Position numbers and translations under genes: made by a program. Below are positions 9,091 through 16,762 of a stretch of 64,000 nucleotides of DNA, in pieces. The first letter of the stretch is position 1. Each line of letters starts with the position of its first letter. The DNA is from Candidatus Multivoradales bacterium (GTDB lineage Bacteria; Acidobacteriota; Thermoanaerobaculia; Multivoradales; JAHEKO01), in assembly GCA_965223155.1 (NCBI GenBank), contig CBDCVR010000014.1, positions 352,001 through 416,000 on the forward strand, read 5' to 3'. Below the pieces are notes generated by a model that made no database searches, was not told where the DNA came from, and worked only from the letters and a program-made list of their open reading frames with translations.

Positions 9091-9254
9091 ACCGACCGAC
9101 TCATAGAAGGATACATATTTCGGGACTGTCCCTCTGCGGCCGGACCCTTCCCTTGAAACGAGTATCCTGTCACCGAATCCGAATTCACCGAATCCGAATT
9201 CTGTCACCGAATCCGACACCGAATCCGGATTTAGTGAGATGATGGCCGGGCAGC

Positions 9255-11267
9255 GTGCACATCAAGCGTCGATTCAGGGGCGCCGCCGTTACGGCGGCCA
9301 TCTGGACCGCGGTGGTGACCCCGGACCCCGCGGCGGCCCAGCCGGCGGTCGTCCGTGTCACGGTCACCCAGGTCACGGCCCTTGACTGCCTCGATCCGGC
9401 GGGTCTGTCGTGCGCCGGCGCCGACTTCTACGCCAAGCTGAGCGTCGACGGCGAGACGGTCCAGACACCGCACATCGATGATGCGACCTCGATCTCGCCG
9501 AACTGGACGCTGGAGCGGTCCGTGGCCCGCAATCCGGTGCCCGTCCAGATCGAGATCTGGGAGTCCGACAGCTGGTTTCGCGACGGCGACGACCCGGTGG
9601 ACCTCAAGTCAGCCCCGGGCCGGAGCCTCAATCTCTCGGTCGATACCCAGGCCGGCAGAATCTCGGGCAACCTCACCGGCAAGACCAACACCCTCCTGAC
9701 TTCGGCCGGAACCCAATCCGGCCGGGCCCGAATCACCTTCCGCATCGACGTCGTGACCCGTCCCAGGCTGGGAGAGCTCGCGATTACCGTGGAGCGCTTG
9801 ACCACCCTCGAGACGGTGGACGACGGCGTCACCGGACGCCAAGGCCGGGCCGACTACTACGTCCGGGTAGCCATCGACGGCATCGTCACCAGCAACCGCG
9901 ACGACCCGACCACCTCCGTCTACTACGACCACGACGAGCTGGCTCCGTACTGGACCTTCAAGCGAATCGTTAATTTGAACCGTCGCTCGATTCCGTTCGC
10001 CCTCGAGCTAATGGATGCCGACAACAACGCTGACGACCGGGTCGACATCCAGCCCGGCCTAGGCCGGGTCCTGCACATGACGGTGACGCCGAGCACCTGC
10101 CGGATCCAAGGCGACGTCACCGGCCGTTGCGCCGGTCCGTTTGACGCCAGGGGGCGGATCGTGGCCTCCGGCGAACAGGACGACCGCGCACGCATCCAGG
10201 TCCGCGTCGAGCTGCGCCGGCCGCCGCCCTTCGCATTGCGCTGCCTACACTCGCCACTCTGGCCGCGTCCCGGACAAACGGTCTCGATCCGGGCCGAGGC
10301 CCTCGACAGCCAGCTCGACCCGGTGGTCGCGGACGGCATTCAAATCGGCGTCGCGGGCACCGGCAGGATCCACTCCTGCGACAACGCTGGGGCCTGCACT
10401 CTCAACGTCATGATGCCGGCGGGCGCGACACGGTTTGACTACATCTGCCAGGCGCAGCGCTTCCGCAGGACGGTCACGACCGGCCTACGCCAGGTAGCCG
10501 TCGGGGCCAGGCCCGGCGAGCGAGCCGTCCCGATCTTGAGACATCAACCCTCAGCCAAGGCCCTCGACCTCGTGTTCCTGGCCGATCTCGACACCTTCTC
10601 GACCGCGTCCGAGACCGCCTATCTCGGCGCGGTCGAATTCTTGATCCGCTCCGGTCTCTTTCGGAATCCTCCGTTGGTCCTCAACCAACAACGTCTCAAC
10701 CTGTGGATCGCCAAGGACCTGGCCGATGCCAACGGTTTCGTGCCGGGAAGCACGGTGCGCTGCAGCCAGCCGCCGTCGAACTGGACCACCGCTTACGGCT
10801 TCGCGGACTCGGGCATCGTCGTGCACCAAGAAGCGATTCGGGACTGCGCCGACTTCGCCACGGTCGGGCCTCAGGGCCAGATCTTGCGCCCGATGGTGAG
10901 CACTCCGGCCAACTCTCCCGGCGTTCTGCTACACGAGCTGGGGCACATGCCCTTCGGCCTGGCCGACGAATACTGCTGTGACGGCGGCTACTTTCAAACC
11001 GGATTCGCCCCTAACGTCTACGCCTCGGCCGACGCGACCCAGTCGAGCACGGCCTGCCGGGCCGATCCTCTTGCTGCTCTCCTGGGCGCCTGCGGCGCCT
11101 TCACCGAGAACCGCCCACCGAGCCGGCGGCGGGTGTTTCGCCTCGATCACCCTCCAGGAAGCCGGTTCGACTTCCGTGACGTCTCGAACGACCTGATGGT
11201 GGACGACGGCACCCTCCGGCCCGCCGACGTTCGACGATTTCAACACGTGTTCCGAAGCCTTCCGTGA
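9255..11267 (+). CDS. Secreted multidomain zinc metallopeptidase (two C2-like beta repeats + M64-like HExxH domain)
   Basis: Signal-like N-terminus; repeated ADFY/ADYY...W...IEIWESD/LELMDAD...DD.VD modules; HELGHMPFGLADEY. Confidence 0.75.
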   Translation: MHIKRRFRGAAVTAAIWTAVVTPDPAAAQPAVVRVTVTQVTALDCLDPAGLSCAGADFYAKLSVDGETVQTPHIDDATSISPNWTLERSVARNPVPVQIEIWESDSWFRDGDDPVDLKSAPGRSLNLSVDTQAGRISGNLTGKTNTLLTSAGTQSGRARITFRIDVVTRPRLGELAITVERLTTLETVDDGVTGRQGRADYYVRVAIDGIVTSNRDDPTTSVYYDHDELAPYWTFKRIVNLNRRSIPFALELMDADNNADDRVDIQPGLGRVLHMTVTPSTCRIQGDVTGRCAGPFDARGRIVASGEQDDRARIQVRVELRRPPPFALRCLHSPLWPRPGQTVSIRAEALDSQLDPVVADGIQIGVAGTGRIHSCDNAGACTLNVMMPAGATRFDYICQAQRFRRTVTTGLRQVAVGARPGERAVPILRHQPSAKALDLVFLADLDTFSTASETAYLGAVEFLIRSGLFRNPPLVLNQQRLNLWIAKDLADANGFVPGSTVRCSQPPSNWTTAYGFADSGIVVHQEAIRDCADFATVGPQGQILRPMVSTPANSPGVLLHELGHMPFGLADEYCCDGGYFQTGFAPNVYASADATQSSTACRADPLAALLGACGAFTENRPPSRRRVFRLDHPPGSRFDFRDVSNDLMVDDGTLRPADVRRFQHVFRSLP

Positions 11268-11917
11268 CGACTCGCATGCTCGACTACATCAGCCTTTCGA
11301 AGCTGCCCGATCCAACCGGGCTTCTCGGCACGTTCGTGCTGGCTGTCGCCGTCGCGCTGGCCGGCTGTGCCGTCGAGGAATCGGCCGAGCTGGGAACCGC
11401 CGCGACCCGGACCGAGCTCGTCCAACCGACGGTAGCGATCGAAGCGGTCGAGACCGCCCCGGCGGTGCCTCCGGCCGCAACCGTCGAAGCCGACCCTCCC
11501 GACGCCAAGGTCATCGCCGTGGACTTGACCGCCAGCGGCACCGGCGACGACTTCGACGTCGAGCTGTCAAACGTTCGCATCCTCCCTGGGGTCGCGCCCA
11601 ACACCGTCGGCAATCCCCCGCTTCTCGACATCGAGCTCCGGGATTCCGAGGGCGAGAGCCTGTCGCGCTTCTTCGCGTGGGATCCACGCTGGACCTTCGT
11701 CTGGGACGCCGACCACCGCGGGGAAGAGCTCGTGGTCCGGCAAGAAGCGACGGTGCCGGTACTCTTCCCGTTTCGGCCCGACCTCGCCGAGATGCTCGTC
11801 TTCACGGAACAGCAGGGACGCCGGCACCTCGCCTCGATCGACCTCGCACCCACGATCCTCGATTTCTGCGCGGTCAATCCGGGAGATCCGGACTGCGCCG
11901 CGGTACGCGTGCCCTAG
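11264..11917 (+). CDS. Lipoprotein, probable partner of the upstream peptidase
   Basis: Lipobox VALAGC; GTGA overlap with the peptidase stop. Confidence 0.7.
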   Translation: MTTRMLDYISLSKLPDPTGLLGTFVLAVAVALAGCAVEESAELGTAATRTELVQPTVAIEAVETAPAVPPAATVEADPPDAKVIAVDLTASGTGDDFDVELSNVRILPGVAPNTVGNPPLLDIELRDSEGESLSRFFAWDPRWTFVWDADHRGEELVVRQEATVPVLFPFRPDLAEMLVFTEQQGRRHLASIDLAPTILDFCAVNPGDPDCAAVRVP

Positions 11918-11929
11918 GAATCCGCCCCT

Positions 11930-11980
11930 AGCCAGGCAGTCTGGCGGTCGAAACGGGGAAGATGCCGTCCACCGAATCCC
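11930..11980. repeat. Degenerate REP-like arm
   Basis: GAAACG...GTCCACCGAATCC resembles GAAACGAGTATCCTGTCACCGAATCC (9155-9180); ends 2 bp from the ATPase stop. Confidence 0.55.
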
Positions 11981-11981
11981 C

Positions 11982-13130
11982 CTAGAGATCGCGTACCAAT
12001 CGCGCGGCTGCGACAGCTCGCACCTTCTTGGACAGGGCAAACGTCTCTTGGCCCGCGTGGATCACGTTCAGCTCATGGAGGTCGAGCGACTCCAGCGCCG
12101 CTCTCATCGATGCCGTGACCCTAGGACTCGATGTCCGCTTGAACTCGAATCCGATCCGGCGGCGGCCAATCCGAGCGAAGAAATCGAGCTCCGCGCCGGT
12201 GTGTGTAGCCCAGAAATGGACCTGGTCATCCGCGAGGCCAAGCTCGCCGATCACCTGTTCGAGCAGAAATCCTTCCCAGGAAGCTCCCACTTTGGGGTGC
12301 GACTCCAAATCCTCGTGCGCGTCGATTCGAAGAAGCGAATGCAGCAATCCACTGTCGCGCAGATAGACCCTCGGAGACCGGACCTGGCGCTTCGAGGTAT
12401 TTGCAAACCACGGCGTTGCTTGCCTGACCACGAGTGCCGACGTCAGAAGATCCAAGTAGCGACGGACCGTGACATCCGAAACTCCGAACGAACGCCCGAA
12501 TTCGGATCCATTCCAAGTCTGGCCATGCCAGTGTGCCAGCATCGTCCAGAACCGCCGGAGCGTGGTCGCCGCAATCCGAATCCCTAGCTGCGGCAAATCT
12601 CGCTCCAAGAAGGTTCGCACGAAGCTCTCCCGCCAGGTTCGGCTATCCCGGAGCGACCGAGCCAGGAAAGACCGAGGGAAGCCTCCGCGCAGCCAGAGCT
12701 TCTGAAGGGATCCCTCCCCTACCTCGGACAGCAAGAAGCCAGGCAGGTTGTAGTAGGAAATCCGACCCGCCAGGGTTTCGGACGACTGTCGCAACAGCTC
12801 GGGCGAAGCGCTTCCGAGCACTAGAAAGCGAGCTCTTGTCGGTCTTCGGTCGGCCAGGACACGAAGTACCGGAAAGAGATCCGGCCTGCGCTGAACCTCG
12901 TCGAGCACAACGAGGCCCTGGAGGTCACTGAGCGCCAAGTGGGGATCGTCAAGACGCGCAAGATCCGGAGGGTTTTCCAAATCGAAATGATGGCACGGCT
13001 TCGTTTGAGAGCGCGCGATCTGCTGACTCAGAGTCGTCTTACCGACCTGGCGGGCTCCCAGGATGGCAACCACGGGGAACGTCCGAAGCCGATCCAAGAT
13101 TGTCTTGACATGATGAGACCGCTCGATCAC
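11982..13130 (-). CDS. AAA_14 ATPase with DUF4143 domain
   Basis: GARQVGKTT, VLDEVQ, LGSAS, ETLAGR, RGGFP, DSGLLH, ASWEGF, ELDF...FEFK. Confidence 0.92.
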   Translation of the reverse strand: MIERSHHVKTILDRLRTFPVVAILGARQVGKTTLSQQIARSQTKPCHHFDLENPPDLARLDDPHLALSDLQGLVVLDEVQRRPDLFPVLRVLADRRPTRARFLVLGSASPELLRQSSETLAGRISYYNLPGFLLSEVGEGSLQKLWLRGGFPRSFLARSLRDSRTWRESFVRTFLERDLPQLGIRIAATTLRRFWTMLAHWHGQTWNGSEFGRSFGVSDVTVRRYLDLLTSALVVRQATPWFANTSKRQVRSPRVYLRDSGLLHSLLRIDAHEDLESHPKVGASWEGFLLEQVIGELGLADDQVHFWATHTGAELDFFARIGRRRIGFEFKRTSSPRVTASMRAALESLDLHELNVIHAGQETFALSKKVRAVAAARLVRDL

Positions 13131-13191
13131 CGGAGAACCTTACCACGAAATCTCGAAGGTAAGCGTCGAAATTTCAGGCAAGATTGCCGGC

Positions 13192-13260
13192 TGGCGGATG
13201 TTTATCCTCATCTCGCCAGGATCAGGCCTCGACGAAATGAATACCCTGTCACCGAGAATT
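13192..13260. repeat. REP-like hairpin (right arm conserved, left arm degenerate)
   Basis: GACGAAATGAATACCCTGTCACCG (13231-13254) matches the reverse complement of 14084-14107 at 20/24 positions; abuts the stop of 13260-13967. Confidence 0.75.
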
Positions 13261-13967
13261 CACGGGCCGGGGATACACGGTCGGCAGCGGCAGGTGAAGA
13301 AAAAGAAGAAGCACTTGCAGCATGCGAAGTCATCCGGATTGCCGCAGCTCACCTCGCAGCCGGAGAAGACCGAGCAGGTCACGCTACACGCGTTGGCGCC
13401 CTCGCCGCCGGCATCGCAGTCGTCACCGTTCACGCACTGCCCTGATGCCGGGTCGTGGTAGTCGTACCAGAACGACTCGGGCCAGGACTGGAGTTGGTCC
13501 CAAACGTGGTCGTGAACGCCGTGATCGATCCCGAAAAGCGGGCTGTTCGTCACCATCGCGAGCTCGAGTCCATTCGTCGCTCGAAAGACGAATGCTCCCG
13601 GAGGCGCCTGGCCTGGCCCTTCCCCGTTCCCGCTCCCGGAGGCGCCCTTCGGATTCCTGACCGTCAGCAGAACGACGAACCGCGCGTCGGGACCGACGAC
13701 CTTGAGCGACCTGTCCTTGACGGTCACGACGGCGTCGTCGACGTGCTCCCACCAGGTCGGCTCCAGACGATCCTCGCCGGTGAAGAGAAAAAACTCGTCG
13801 ACCTTGTCGTCGCTGTCGGCCGCGGAGTCCAAAGCAACAAGCACCCGCCCGAGCTCATCGACTCCAACCACGACGTCTCCAAACTCCACTCGCGCCGAGT
13901 CGCTCGATCCCAGCGCCGGACCGGCAATGAGACACGAGCACAGCACGATCAGCGAAGAACACCTCAT
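13260..13967 (-). CDS. Secreted protein with 12-Cys C-terminal domain
   Basis: Signal peptide; C-terminus CVNGDDCDAGGEGANACSVTCSVFSGCEVSCGNPDDFACCKCFFFFFTCRCRPC; RBS GGAGGAG. Confidence 0.8.
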   Translation of the reverse strand: MRCSSLIVLCSCLIAGPALGSSDSARVEFGDVVVGVDELGRVLVALDSAADSDDKVDEFFLFTGEDRLEPTWWEHVDDAVVTVKDRSLKVVGPDARFVVLLTVRNPKGASGSGNGEGPGQAPPGAFVFRATNGLELAMVTNSPLFGIDHGVHDHVWDQLQSWPESFWYDYHDPASGQCVNGDDCDAGGEGANACSVTCSVFSGCEVSCGNPDDFACCKCFFFFFTCRCRPCIPGP

Positions 13968-14083
13968 AGCTCCTCCGATCAGGGGCCGTCGGAAGCGAAT
14001 GCCCCTCTACTTATCTAATTTCCGTAGCGAGGGGTTTCCTGACAAGAAATTGCTGCTTCTTGAGCGGGGGAAAGCGGAGAAAG

Positions 14084-14107
14084 CGGTGACAGGATACTCA
14101 TTCCGCC
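14084..14107 (+). repeat. REP-like left arm upstream of the RAYT remnant
   Basis: CGGTGACAGGATACTCATTCCGCC, same core as the IS target site. Confidence 0.8.
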
Positions 14108-14123
14108 AGGTCGGAGCCCCGGT

Positions 14124-14261
14124 TTCCGTCTCGGTAGCATTGTTGTGCCCGGACTGGCACACCACGTCACTCAGCGGGGAGCGAGGCGAATGCAGGTCTT
14201 CTTCAGCCAAGACGACTACCGCATCTATGCCTCCATCTTGAGCCGACAGGCCCGTCGATAA
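14124..14261 (+). pseudogene. Remnant of REP-associated tyrosine transposase (RAYT, Y1 HUH family), N-terminus only
   Basis: Frame from 14127 reads RLGSIVVPGLAHHVTQRGARRMQVFFSQDDYRIYASILSRQARR*, matching the RAYT N-terminal pattern (R...PG.PHHVTQRG.RR...FF...DY..Y). Start codon lost; no HUH motif follows. Confidence 0.8.
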
Positions 14262-14334
14262 GGCACCTGGGCCCAGGGAGGGGGAATTCTCTTCTTGCCA
14301 ATGCCCTCCTCCCAGTGCCGAGTGCAGCGAGGCT

Positions 14335-14379
14335 TGGTGGGCCGTGAGGGAATCGAACCCCCGACCATCAGATTAAAAG
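14335..14379 (-). repeat. att site: 45-bp duplication of the tRNA-Lys 3' half
   Basis: TGGTGGGCCGTGAGGGAATCGAACCCCCGACCATCAGATTAAAAG is identical to 32663-32707. Confidence 0.97.
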
Positions 14380-14504
14380 AAAGCCCCAGAGCAAAAGACG
14401 TCAACGCCCTCCAACTCTCGGCGGCTCCAAACCACTGTGGGTACTGAGGAAAGCCCGGATCACAGTTCTTGACCTCTGTTGAGATCTCTGTCCGGAGTTG
14501 CGGC

Positions 14505-14527
14505 CAACTGCACCAGGAGTGCACCAT
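14505..14527 (+). promoter_or_regulatory. Putative integrase arm-type binding site (paired with 32571-32593)
   Basis: CAACTGCACCAGGAGTGCACCAT vs CAACTGTACCACGAGTGCACCAT, 21/23 identical, each ~70-130 bp inside an att site. Confidence 0.65.
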
Positions 14528-16001
14528 GGGAAGGTCTACTGCGAGCCCGACCATGCCGACTGCAAGCGAGAGATACCTGGATCGGCTCTGCCGGCACTCC
14601 TTTCTGAGTCTCTGGAGCTGGCCTCATCTCTACAGGGACCAGACCTGGGGCTCATCAGAGGGCAAGGAACTCTCTGACCTCCTTGTGGTGTTTGACCCGC
14701 ACGTTCTCATCTTCTCGGACAAGTACTGTGAATTCCCGACTGGTCCGGATGTCGCCCTGAACTGGGTTCGCTGGTACAAGAGAGCCATTCTGAAGTCGGC
14801 AAAGCAAGTCTGGGGAGCTGAACGGTGGATCACGAAGCACCCCACGCGTATCTTCCTCGACCCTGCGTGCACCGAGCCCTTCCCGCTCCCCTTGCCTGAA
14901 GATCCGGTTTTCCACCGGATTGTGGTAGCCCACGGTTCAGCTGAGGCCTGCAGGGAGTTTTTCGGATCAACACCCAGCCTCATGCTGAATAATCGGGTCC
15001 AAGGGAGTGCCCATACAGACACGGCTACCCCGCTGTTTAGGCCCTTCACCGTGGGTGACATCGACCCTTCCAAGGGCCTCGTCCACGTTATGGACGACGT
15101 CAATCTAGACTTCCTGATGAGGCACCTAGACACGGCCACAGACCTCGTCAGATATCTAGCGAAGAAGGAAGATGTACTCCGTGGTACCCAGGCGATCTCA
15201 GCAGCAGGCGAGGAAGAGCTTCTCGCGTGGTACCTGTCTCGGATGAACACAGAGGGTCGCCATGACTTCAACATACCGAAGGACCCAACCTTTATCGCCA
15301 TCGATGTCGGCTTCTGGGCGGACTATGCAAAGAACCCTGACACCCTAGCTCGCGCTAAGGCGAATACGATCAGCTACGCCTGGGACAAGCTAATCGAGAA
15401 GTTCACCACGTCACGGCTGACTACCATCACGTCCCTTGCAGATCGAGAGGCGGCTCTTCGGTTCATGGCGCGAGAGCACCGAGTACGCCGAAGGATGCTC
15501 GCCAAGGCACTGATCGGCATACTCCGGCGAGGAGACAGTCTCTACCGCGCGGCACGTGTCGTTGCTCCCGATGAGCCGGACCAACCTCACTACATCTTTC
15601 TCTGTCTCCCGTTCGACGCTGACGAGTTTGCCGACTACAGCGAGTACGTGAAGCTTCGCGAGGAGCTACTTGGCATTTACTGCCAGGTAGTACGACTCCA
15701 GTATCCACAGGTAACAGATGTGGTTGGGATCGCAACCGAGCCCTTCAGTGCGGACAAGAGAAGTGAGACCCTCGCGTACTTCGATGGCCGGGCATGGTCA
15801 AAGGAACTTGAGGAGGAAACCCGCGACCTTCAGGCCAAATGCAACATCCTGTTGGAGACGAAAGAGCTTCGAGGGACTGAGTACGAGTATCCCAGAGCTC
15901 ATATCAAGGCGATGAAGAAAGGGAGGAACCGCAACAGACCATGCCATTGCGGCAGCGGTCTCAAGTACAAGAGGTGTTGCGGCAGAACGATCACCAGATA
16001 G
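14526..16001 (+). CDS. NERD-like PD-(D/E)xK nuclease with C-terminal SEC-C motif
   Basis: KELSDLLVVFDPHVLIFSDK...KSAKQVWGAERW; C-terminal RNRPCHCGSGLKYKRCCG. Start may be 14553. Confidence 0.8.
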   Translation: MGRSTASPTMPTASERYLDRLCRHSFLSLWSWPHLYRDQTWGSSEGKELSDLLVVFDPHVLIFSDKYCEFPTGPDVALNWVRWYKRAILKSAKQVWGAERWITKHPTRIFLDPACTEPFPLPLPEDPVFHRIVVAHGSAEACREFFGSTPSLMLNNRVQGSAHTDTATPLFRPFTVGDIDPSKGLVHVMDDVNLDFLMRHLDTATDLVRYLAKKEDVLRGTQAISAAGEEELLAWYLSRMNTEGRHDFNIPKDPTFIAIDVGFWADYAKNPDTLARAKANTISYAWDKLIEKFTTSRLTTITSLADREAALRFMAREHRVRRRMLAKALIGILRRGDSLYRAARVVAPDEPDQPHYIFLCLPFDADEFADYSEYVKLREELLGIYCQVVRLQYPQVTDVVGIATEPFSADKRSETLAYFDGRAWSKELEEETRDLQAKCNILLETKELRGTEYEYPRAHIKAMKKGRNRNRPCHCGSGLKYKRCCGRTITR

Positions 16002-16039
16002 TCTGAAGCTCAGAGCTGCCCTTCTTCATACCTTGTCGT

Positions 16040-16212
16040 CTCTATAGTTATTTATATTTATCTATACTTAATAGAGAGCTGCAAAAAGTGCGCGGCTTGG
16101 CCGCAAGACCTGCAGCCTTGGCCCTGCAAACTTTGCAGGGGCACTGCATCCAGTAAGTCGACTTATCCCCACTTCCCTGCCACGGTGCAGGCACCCTGCA
16201 AAAACTGCAGGG
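16040..16212. repeat. AT-rich tract plus iteron-like CTGCA-N-TGCAG repeats (putative origin)
   Basis: Copies at about 16079, 16101, 16124, 16177 and 16196; AT tract TCTATAGTTATTTATATTTATCTATACTTAATAG. Confidence 0.6.
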
Positions 16213-16229
16213 CTTTCGTCCTTCAGCCT

Positions 16230-16649
16230 CTAGTGGAGTCGTCGTCGGCAAAGCTCGACAGCTCTGTCCCACTTCGCGGTGGTCCGGAGCAGGTCTTGAC
16301 GAGCTTCATTGTGCTCAACAAGCTCGAGATTCTTGAGGGTCTTCAAGCTGTTAAAGACGGTTCTCTCCGAGACTCGAGTGAGTCTCGCCAAAGTCGGCTT
16401 CGACGCGTTACACCATCCTGGTACCGGTCCGTGGTTTCCGGACAGCTTCTCTATCGCGTCGGCCAGCAGGTAATCGGTATGCTTCAGGTCGAACTCTTCG
16501 AGGACTGGCCAGAACACCATCGTGTAAAGAGGGCCCCAGCTTGGCGGCTTGGTCCTCCTCTTCTTCTCGCGCATCTCGACCGCCTCAGCGAGGCGAGCCG
16601 TGGATGCGGCAAGCTGGTTCTTGAACTCTTTGTACGAATCGTCCCCCAT
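16230..16649 (-). CDS. Winged-helix protein resembling the N-terminus of a replication initiator
   Basis: GWCNASKPTLARLTRVSERTVFNSLKTLKNLELVE (HTH_36-like); start reassigned to ATG 16649. Confidence 0.7.
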   Translation of the reverse strand: MGDDSYKEFKNQLAASTARLAEAVEMREKKRRTKPPSWGPLYTMVFWPVLEEFDLKHTDYLLADAIEKLSGNHGPVPGWCNASKPTLARLTRVSERTVFNSLKTLKNLELVEHNEARQDLLRTTAKWDRAVELCRRRLH

Positions 16650-16762
16650 ACCTTGGTTGCTTATACCTACAGAGTGCCCGGAGGACGCCCGGGCGTCAAG
16701 CGTGGAATGTGTGGACTGTGCGCTTGCAAGCAAGCCGTTTCCCCGGTCACTCGAGCTCGGCA

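Larger units (their letters stand above)
7746..9109 (+). mobile_element. IS110-family, IS1111-subgroup insertion sequence (complete)
   Basis: Perfect 14-bp subterminal inverted repeats ATGAGTCGGTCGGT (7753-7766) / ACCGACCGACTCAT (9091-9104); AG core at both junctions (7746-7747, 9108-9109); long 3' non-coding region. Confidence 0.93.
7734..9228. repeat. REP-like hairpin (interrupted by IS) followed by four copies of CACCGAATCCG
   Basis: Removing the IS restores ATTCGGTGACAGGATAC (7736-7745 + AG + 9110-9114), the exact reverse complement of GTATCCTGTCACCGAAT (9162-9178). CACCGAATCCG occurs at 9171, 9186, 9205 and 9217. Confidence 0.85.

Noticed and set aside
9082-9109. IS circle-junction promoter (TTGACG near the right end)
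   Set aside because: A -35 box is present, but the -10 formed across the junction is a poor match; not supportable by eye.
9171-9228. Possible CRISPR array
   Set aside because: Repeats are 11 bp with 1-8 bp linkers; no spacers and no cas genes.
7734-14107. Integron attC sites / CALIN
   Set aside because: The hairpins lack RYYYAAC...GTTRRRY ends, genes are in mixed orientation and there is no IntI; a RAYT remnant fits better.
14335-14379. Second tRNA-Lys gene
   Set aside because: Only the 3' 45 nt are present; this is the att duplication.
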